A program made the position numbers and the translations under genes. Under the pieces are notes generated by a model, which was not told the DNA's origin, ran no database searches, and worked only from the letters and a program-made list of their open reading frames with translations. Shown in pieces: positions 58,400 through 64,000 of a stretch of DNA of 64,000 nt. Source of the DNA: Candidatus Kaiserbacteria bacterium (GTDB lineage Bacteria > Patescibacteriota > Minisyncoccia > Phycocordibacterales > UBA918); the NCBI GenBank assembly GCA_031430855.1, contig JANPCG010000004.1:10845-74844 (forward strand). The letters run 5' to 3'. Each line of letters begins with the position of its first letter. The stretch's first letter is position 1.

Positions 58400-58533
58400 A
58401 ATACTTTAGCCGCGTCACGATCGAGATTATTGCAAAAGCATCAATTTAGTAATATTAATGGTATAGTGTAATTTGTTACTAATAATTGACATATTTATGT
58501 AATATAAATGCGTTCCAAACGGCATCACTATAT

Positions 58534-59067
58534 ATGTTATCCATCCAAGAAAAATTGGAATTACAGCTCATTATGACAGCTGCCCATAACGACTTTGAAA
58601 AAGGTCTTAAGAAACACGCCAAATTTAGATTGAACGACGAGACAAAGTGTGACGATTTGGTACAAGATACCTTTATGAAGACGTGGGTATATTTGGTTAA
58701 GGCTGGTAAAATTGATTTGATGAAGCCGTTTTTGTACCACATATTAAATTGTCTAATTATCGATGAGTATCGAAAAAAAAAGAGCACCTCGCTTGATGCA
58801 TTGTTAGAAAAAGGTTTTGAGCCCGGCAATGATGACTTTGTCAGAACGGTTGATATGTTAGATGGTAGGTCAGCACTAAAACTCATTGCGTTATTGCCGC
58901 CCTCGTATCAAAAAATTATGACGATGCGTTACGTGGAGGATTTAACCCTTAGTGAAATCTCTGAAGTTACCGGTCAAACTAAAAATACGATTGCCGTAAA
59001 AACACATCGTGGAATGGAAAAGCTACGGGCATTATATAGTTTTCATTACCCAACCGTCTCAGTGTAA
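58534..59067 (+). CDS. ECF-type RNA polymerase sigma factor (sigma-70 regions 2 and 4)
   Basis: Region 2 DLVQDTFMKTWVYL and region 4 helix-turn-helix LSEISEVTGQTKNTIAVKTHRGMEKLR. An extended -10 box TGGTATAGT lies at about 58470. The track start at 58486 is inside or just after the promoter. Confidence 0.8.
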   Translation: MLSIQEKLELQLIMTAAHNDFEKGLKKHAKFRLNDETKCDDLVQDTFMKTWVYLVKAGKIDLMKPFLYHILNCLIIDEYRKKKSTSLDALLEKGFEPGNDDFVRTVDMLDGRSALKLIALLPPSYQKIMTMRYVEDLTLSEISEVTGQTKNTIAVKTHRGMEKLRALYSFHYPTVSV

Positions 59068-59156
59068 TAGTGTTCAAGTTGTGTCGGCACAATCAGTGTC
59101 CGAGAAATTACTTTTGGTATTCTCGCGGAAAATTTTTACACAGTAATTTTCTTTAT

Positions 59157-59555
59157 ATGAAAAACATTATAGATACCGCAATAGATAATACCCAGTTCTC
59201 AACTCTGGTAACTGCTATCAAAGCAGCTGGTTTAGTTGAAGTGCTTTCCGGGGTAGGACCTTTTACGGTGTTTGCACCGACTAATGATGCGTTTGCTAAA
59301 ATTGATCCTGATACGCTCAAGGCTGTCTTAGCAGATAAAGAAAAACTCACCTCAATTTTGACCTACCACGTGGTGGCCGGAAAGGTTATGGCAGCTGACG
59401 TCGCAGCACTTTCTACGGCAACAACCGTACAGGGTGATGATGTTGCGATTGATACTACCTCTGGAGTAAAAGTTAATGACGCCATGGTGACAGCCACTGA
59501 TATTGAATGCACTAATGGAGTGATTCATGTGCTTGATACGGTATTGATGCCGTAA
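59157..59555 (+). CDS. fasciclin (FAS1) domain protein
   Basis: …FSTLVTAIKAAGLVEVLSGVGPFTVFAPTNDAFAKI…LTYHVVAGKV…NGVIHVLDTVLMP FAS1 H1/H2 motifs. An extended -10 box TGGTATTCT lies at about 59113. Confidence 0.8.
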   Translation: MKNIIDTAIDNTQFSTLVTAIKAAGLVEVLSGVGPFTVFAPTNDAFAKIDPDTLKAVLADKEKLTSILTYHVVAGKVMAADVAALSTATTVQGDDVAIDTTSGVKVNDAMVTATDIECTNGVIHVLDTVLMP

Positions 59556-59763
59556 GCGGAATCGAAATTAGCCTCGAGTGTTCTTTCGTCAATTGCAAAA
59601 ATCAGTCTCCCGGAGATTGATTTTTGCGTTACGTAAGACTGTTTTGTGTAATAATCCCAGTCTCACTGCGGTAATAGAGACAGTGGAGGTATGTCTGCAA
59701 TTGGTAGCACCTCAAATTTCCACCGCAGTATTCGATTGTTAATAACCTAACTTAATTTATTGT

Positions 59764-60039
59764 ATGATAATGGCTACTTCAAAGCAGGGGATGGTAGGAG
59801 TGGTAGGTTTCGTGTTGGTGATTAGCTGTCTTTTGTCCGTACTTGTAACTCCGGCCTCAGCTTCTGCTGCCGTGTATGCCTATGTAGACACAGCTGGCGA
59901 AGTAAAATCAGTGACAGCAAACGACTGGATGACCGCAATTGCAATTGCGCCTGGTATTCATATCCATAGTGGGGTAATGCTCCTTACTACAGCGATAGAC
60001 TATTTGATGGTAGGAGATTCCGTACAGAGTGCAAAATAG
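59764..60039 (+). CDS. small exported hypothetical protein (91 aa)
   Basis: Signal peptide (…VVGFVLVISCLLSVLVTPASASA). A strong terminator follows (tacagggggaacgcc-gta-ggcgttccccctgta). Confidence 0.4.
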   Translation: MIMATSKQGMVGVVGFVLVISCLLSVLVTPASASAAVYAYVDTAGEVKSVTANDWMTAIAIAPGIHIHSGVMLLTTAIDYLMVGDSVQSAK

Positions 60040-60054
60040 GTTTATATTTAGATG

Positions 60055-60090
60055 GATACAGGGGGAACGCCGTAGGCGTTCCCCCTGTAT
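60055..60090 (+). terminator. Strong intrinsic terminator
   Basis: tacagggggaacgcc-gta-ggcgttccccctgta followed by ttgtg. Confidence 0.7.
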
Positions 60091-60172
60091 TGTGTCCCGT
60101 AATTAGGTAGAACTGGTTACTAAGGAGTATGGTTAGGGTATCTGTACGTTTTATTTTTTATAAAAAAGCACT

Positions 60173-61258
60173 ATGATTAAAAAAATTCTACCCGTTGGTA
60201 TTTGCCTGATGTTCATTGTACTCGTCATGCCAAACCTTTCTTTGGCCGCTACCAAGAAACCTTCGTGTACCCTTACTGTGTCAGTTGATAATGTAGATAC
60301 GAAAATCCGAAGTGGAGATATTAACTATCTACGTGCCGGGTCCGTCGTGCGCGTAGGGTGGACGAGTCGTAATGCGACAAAAGCCACTGATGGACACGGT
60401 AAAACGGTACCCGTTCAAGGAGAGGCAACGTCGACAATCGAGCGCAATCAAACGCTTTCGTATCGATTTAACCGAGGGAGTACACGAACTGCGTGCACTG
60501 TTTCGTTTCGAGTAGTTTCTGGTACGGTTGTCCAAAAAAGAGACACTAAAGCACCATTCTCCCTTCAGTTTTTGGGTAAAGTTCACGGGCTGTCATCAGT
60601 TAGTTTATTCGTGTACCCACAAGGAACGACAACGCCAATCTATACCAGTCCAACCATTCGTCTTCGAAATAGTGGTTGGTCACATACTATACCAAAGCCG
60701 CTTACTGACGGAGTCTATCAAGTTGTGCTCGTGGGTGCCCGAAGCGGAACCAGATTGGTGTTGGCTACTACAACTCTTTTGGTTGGGGCAAGCACGACTG
60801 GGTCACGGGGCGCTTCAACCGTCGTGGTAGTGCCGGTACCACTCCTCATTGGTGGTGTTGGTCACTCTGGTGCCTCGGTAGCGGTCGCGTATTTGCAGGT
60901 TATTAACATTGGTACCTCCGCCGCTCAATTGCACGGATTTACCCTGAATCAAACTGGTACGACTCCAGTAGAAGCGATTGTTGGAATGACAGCTGTGACC
61001 GACAACGGTGTTGCTCGAGGATCATCCGGAACCATGTCGTCAGGTACGCCATTTGTAGGTAATGGAGTATTTGTTCCCCTTGAAACAACATTGGCACCAA
61101 GCGAAATGAGATTGGTGACGATTAAGGCAGTCTTGGCACCTAACCTCACACCCTATCTTGCAACAAAAACTACTTTGTATGTAACCGGTATATCAACTGA
61201 CACAAAATCCAAAGGAGACTTTCCGCTGTATGGTACGACGTGGACGATTGGTTTATAA
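60173..61258 (+). CDS. exported hypothetical protein (361 aa, Thr/Gly/Val-rich, beta-rich)
   Basis: Signal peptide MIKKILPVGICLMFIVLVMPNLSLA. I recognise no family. Confidence 0.5.
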   Translation: MIKKILPVGICLMFIVLVMPNLSLAATKKPSCTLTVSVDNVDTKIRSGDINYLRAGSVVRVGWTSRNATKATDGHGKTVPVQGEATSTIERNQTLSYRFNRGSTRTACTVSFRVVSGTVVQKRDTKAPFSLQFLGKVHGLSSVSLFVYPQGTTTPIYTSPTIRLRNSGWSHTIPKPLTDGVYQVVLVGARSGTRLVLATTTLLVGASTTGSRGASTVVVVPVPLLIGGVGHSGASVAVAYLQVINIGTSAAQLHGFTLNQTGTTPVEAIVGMTAVTDNGVARGSSGTMSSGTPFVGNGVFVPLETTLAPSEMRLVTIKAVLAPNLTPYLATKTTLYVTGISTDTKSKGDFPLYGTTWTIGL

Positions 61259-61270
61259 GAGGCGTTACGC

Positions 61271-61747
61271 TTAATCGGGACGTACTTTGAGCGTATTTTT
61301 AATCTCAGTAATGATATCTTCCAGCCGGTGTTCGGCTTTTAAAAAGTAGTGATGGATATCAAGTTCTGCGTAGGTTTTAATCAGGTCAGGATTAGCGCTG
61401 TTTGAAACGACAAAAATCGGGATAGTGCTCCAGATGCCACCATTGGCTTTAAATTTAACAATAAAATCAAGCCCATCTTCTTCTCCGATTAAGTTATGGT
61501 CAAGCCAAATTGCGTCAACTTTCTCCAAAGCTTGTACGTGCGCCAACGCAGATTCAATAGTTGTTGGTGTTAGATGGTCAGCTGTTTTAGGAAATTCGAT
61601 AGTGAAGGCAGTTTCTACACTACGAGCAGTTATTACGGTAAAACCATTTCGCTCTAGTTTCCCTGAGATTGCCAAGAGTAGGGCAGCATCATCTTCAATG
61701 ACGAGGATTGTTTTTGCGGTGATTTGATTTGATGATTTCATGTTCAT
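61271..61747 (-). CDS. single-domain response regulator (CheY-like receiver)
   Basis: ILVIEDD acidic pocket, phospho-acceptor region AIWLDHNL, VVSNS, conserved Lys. No output domain. It lies 10 nt downstream of the kinase gene. Confidence 0.72.
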   Translation of the reverse strand: MNMKSSNQITAKTILVIEDDAALLLAISGKLERNGFTVITARSVETAFTIEFPKTADHLTPTTIESALAHVQALEKVDAIWLDHNLIGEEDGLDFIVKFKANGGIWSTIPIFVVSNSANPDLIKTYAELDIHHYFLKAEHRLEDIITEIKNTLKVRPD

Positions 61748-61757
61748 AGAAGTATTG

Positions 61758-63062
61758 TTATGTTGTAATAGAGCTGGTCATAGGTAGTTCAATGTGAAAA
61801 ATCGAACCGATATTTTCTTTTGACTCAAACCAAACGCGGCCGCCTGAATTTTCAATAATAGCTTTAACGATATAGAGGCCAAGTCCGGTACCTTCGATGT
61901 CTTTACTTCGTACATTATCGGCACGGAATAGTCTGGTAAAAATATGTGGATGTTGCCTCTCTGGTATTCCACAGCCAGTATCAGAAACAGTAAATCTCAT
62001 ATGTTGTTTATCTTGGTCGAGTTCGAGACAAACGTTAATGTTGCCACCATCAGGGGTATACTTAATGGCGTTTGACACCAGGTTTTGTAATACCATACGG
62101 AGCAGTTTTGCGTCAGATTCCATTGTTGGCATGGCTGCGTCAAAGTGCTGACTGAGGTGTAACTGTTTTTTATCTATTTCTGGTTGTTGTTCAGCAATGA
62201 CATTTTGTAGTAAGGAGATTATATCAACTAGCTCTGGTTCAAGGACAAATGTTCCTAAACTCATACGGGTAACATTAAGTAGGGCATTTACCAGAGTAAT
62301 CATACGCTGATTACCTTTATACACTTCAGTAAGATATTTCTCTTGCCCATCAGTAAGTGTCCCTACATCTCCCGAGAGTAGCATTTCGGTATACCAATTT
62401 ATCGCAGAGAGTGGTGAACGGAGCTGATGTGAGGCCAGGCTGACAAATTCTGTCTTTGCTTTATCGATGTCCATTTCCTTTGTAATGTTTCGAAATGAAG
62501 TCACGAGCCCAATGACAGTCTCATGCAATCTCACTGGGGTAATAATTGAGCTGGCAGGGAACCGAGTACCATTTTTACGGATGAAAAAATATGGTTTCGT
62601 GGCGTCGCTCGTATAGTGGTTTCCGTCAAGCACAGCGGTAATTACGTCCGGTAAAAAATCCTCACGTATGCCATTTGCGTTTTCAATGAGGAGTACCCTT
62701 TGGATAGTATCCCCGACGACTTCAGCGGCTGTCCAGCCAGTGAGTTCTTCAAATGCACGATTCACAAATGTAATATGGCCGAGGCTATCGGTCACAATAA
62801 TTCCGTCACCAATACTCTCAAGAATAGCAGTGTCAATAGCATTCTTTTGTAGTAGTGTTTCGGCCGCCTCAGCCATTTGCAGGGTTTTAGTTTCAAGTAT
62901 CTTATTGCTCGTTTCCAAATCTTCTAAGATATTCAAAATAGCTCGACTTTGTCTGCTGCTGGTGACGGCGTTTTCTTGATAATCTTCGAGAACGTTTAAA
63001 ATTGCCGCTTGCGTATGGTCGCGATAATTTGTTGTATTTTTTGCTGTGTTGTCGGAATTCAA
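61758..63062 (-). CDS. sensor histidine kinase (PAS + HisKA + HATPase_c), cytoplasmic
   Basis: PAS region (…ILESIGDGIIVTDSLGHITFVNRAFEELTGWTAAEVVG…), H-box FVSLASHQLRSPL, N/G1/G2 boxes (LVSNAIKYT, DTGCGIP, GTGLGLYIV). No TM helices. Confidence 0.85.
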   Translation of the reverse strand: MNSDNTAKNTTNYRDHTQAAILNVLEDYQENAVTSSRQSRAILNILEDLETSNKILETKTLQMAEAAETLLQKNAIDTAILESIGDGIIVTDSLGHITFVNRAFEELTGWTAAEVVGDTIQRVLLIENANGIREDFLPDVITAVLDGNHYTSDATKPYFFIRKNGTRFPASSIITPVRLHETVIGLVTSFRNITKEMDIDKAKTEFVSLASHQLRSPLSAINWYTEMLLSGDVGTLTDGQEKYLTEVYKGNQRMITLVNALLNVTRMSLGTFVLEPELVDIISLLQNVIAEQQPEIDKKQLHLSQHFDAAMPTMESDAKLLRMVLQNLVSNAIKYTPDGGNINVCLELDQDKQHMRFTVSDTGCGIPERQHPHIFTRLFRADNVRSKDIEGTGLGLYIVKAIIENSGGRVWFESKENIGSIFHIELPMTSSITT

Positions 63063-63077
63063 AATAGAGTAACGTAA

Positions 63078-63743
63078 CTAGAGGCTCAGCGGCACGGACT
63101 GCTTCAGATGCTCGATTTCTTGTTTAAGGGCAATCATTTTAAGTTCTCGTCCTACCATCACTTTATTCAGAAGCTCGAGCTCTTTCACTCGTTCGGCAAT
63201 TTCACTGGTTCGATTGGCAACAGTTAGTTCAAGTCCGGTGGTGTATTCCGCTAATTTTTGTTCAAGGTCTTTACGAACTGTGATGTCTTCCATGGCGAGT
63301 ACAATCATGTGTGCCGTATCAACATCAATCTGGTGAGCATTGAGGAGGATGGTCCGCGTTCCAATTTGTTGGAAGGTATGTGCAACCTCAAAATCCTTAA
63401 CTACTTTTTTGAGCGGTAAAATTTCCTCTAGTAAACTCCGCAGATCGGGGATGTTCCATTGACCATTGCCAAGATCATAGAGAAACATATTTTCTGTCAG
63501 TTCTGGCGACACCTGAAAATTTTGGTAAAAAGTAGGATTTGCTAACACTACCCGCAAATCGGAATCGAGAATAAGGAATGATTCCCGGGCTATTTCAACA
63601 AGTGTCTTTAGGTAGTGGAGCGCAAGCGTTTTCGTTTCTGTGGTGGCGACATGAGTCGTTTTTTTCATAATTCTTAGTTTTTCAAGGCCTAAATACGGAA
63701 TTGTAAATTTACCAATATATTGCCGTAGGTGATATGTAATCAT
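63078..63743 (-). CDS. PAS-like domain protein with a C-terminal coiled-coil (paralogue of 57809..58399), first gene of the PAS-HK-RR operon
   Basis: Shares the LGNGQWNIPDLRSLLEEILP motif block with the paralogue. Its stop lies 15 nt before the kinase start. An alternative start is at 63668 (MKKTTH…). Confidence 0.55.
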   Translation of the reverse strand: MITYHLRQYIGKFTIPYLGLEKLRIMKKTTHVATTETKTLALHYLKTLVEIARESFLILDSDLRVVLANPTFYQNFQVSPELTENMFLYDLGNGQWNIPDLRSLLEEILPLKKVVKDFEVAHTFQQIGTRTILLNAHQIDVDTAHMIVLAMEDITVRKDLEQKLAEYTTGLELTVANRTSEIAERVKELELLNKVMVGRELKMIALKQEIEHLKQSVPLSL

Positions 63744-64000
63744 TACAGTGCTATTGATTGAAATCTAGACTAGAAGTTAAAACCGGAGTGAGTAATAGTG
63801 TGTCATGGGATGTAATTATGTAGTCACAGATATACGCCGTATCAGAGATCACTATAATTACAAAATAGGGAGATAAGATTGGTCGGGATAGGGCAGTCAT
63901 GCTATCTGTCCACTTGTTATGCTTTTTTTGGATTTTTTATGGTTCATACTCGCGGTACTATAAGGGTATTATTTACTATGGCTGAAAGATTTCCCACACA

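Noticed and set aside
59664-59745. Considered a tRNA-like structure (aattggtagcac… D-loop-like, multiple stems)
   Set aside because: No acceptor stem with a CCA-adjacent 3' end and no GTTCRA T-loop. It does not fit a cloverleaf.

Overview
This window reads as a gene-dense stretch of bacterial chromosome, about 46-48% GC by eye. My guess is that the source is a small-genome, uncultivated lineage (CPR/Patescibacteria-like), but that rests only on circumstantial sequence features listed at the end of this summary.

The conserved core is: trmD (5' partial), rpoB-rpoC, dnaG-rpoD, hisS, prmC, truB, rpmG (L33, missed by the ORF track because it is under 60 aa), a class I fructose-bisphosphate aldolase, pgi, and a complete F1Fo ATP synthase operon (atpB-E-F-H-A-G-D-C) with shortened delta and epsilon subunits.

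Accessory content includes: an alpha-glucan cluster (GT5-like synthase, GH57, a lysine-rich protein, GH15); a DNA-damage cluster (AlkD-like protein, an alkyltransferase-like ATL protein, an HD hydrolase; Fpg lies elsewhere); a UvrD-like helicase fused to a PD-(D/E)xK nuclease; a DEAD-box helicase; an ApbE + FMN-binding exported protein + membrane FNR-like reductase module; a Na+/H+ antiporter; a CorC/HlyC transporter; cell-wall enzymes (RlpA-like, SGNH hydrolase, UppP, DsbA-like); and a regulatory island (two paralogous PAS-like proteins, an ECF sigma factor, a histidine kinase and a response regulator).

The most unusual sequence-level observation is a dispersed intergenic repeat family of about 90-120 nt, present in at least 13 copies. 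Each copy is built around a conserved CCGTAC-N4-6-GTACGG hairpin, and most copies sit directly 3' of genes in the gene's own orientation. Two copies carry an identical 80-nt stretch and flank the DEAD-box helicase gene as direct repeats. Separately, a perfect 20-bp palindrome (26 nt identical including flanks) occurs twice; one copy sits just upstream of atpD, next to an AT-rich ORF inserted into the atp operon.

I recognised no rRNA, tRNA, CRISPR array or transposase. Many genes have TGnTATACT-type extended -10 promoters with very short or absent leaders.

The features behind the lineage guess are the truncated ATP synthase delta and epsilon subunits, a lysine-rich N-terminal extension on RpoD, a stand-alone histone-like lysine-rich protein, and the extended -10 promoters.
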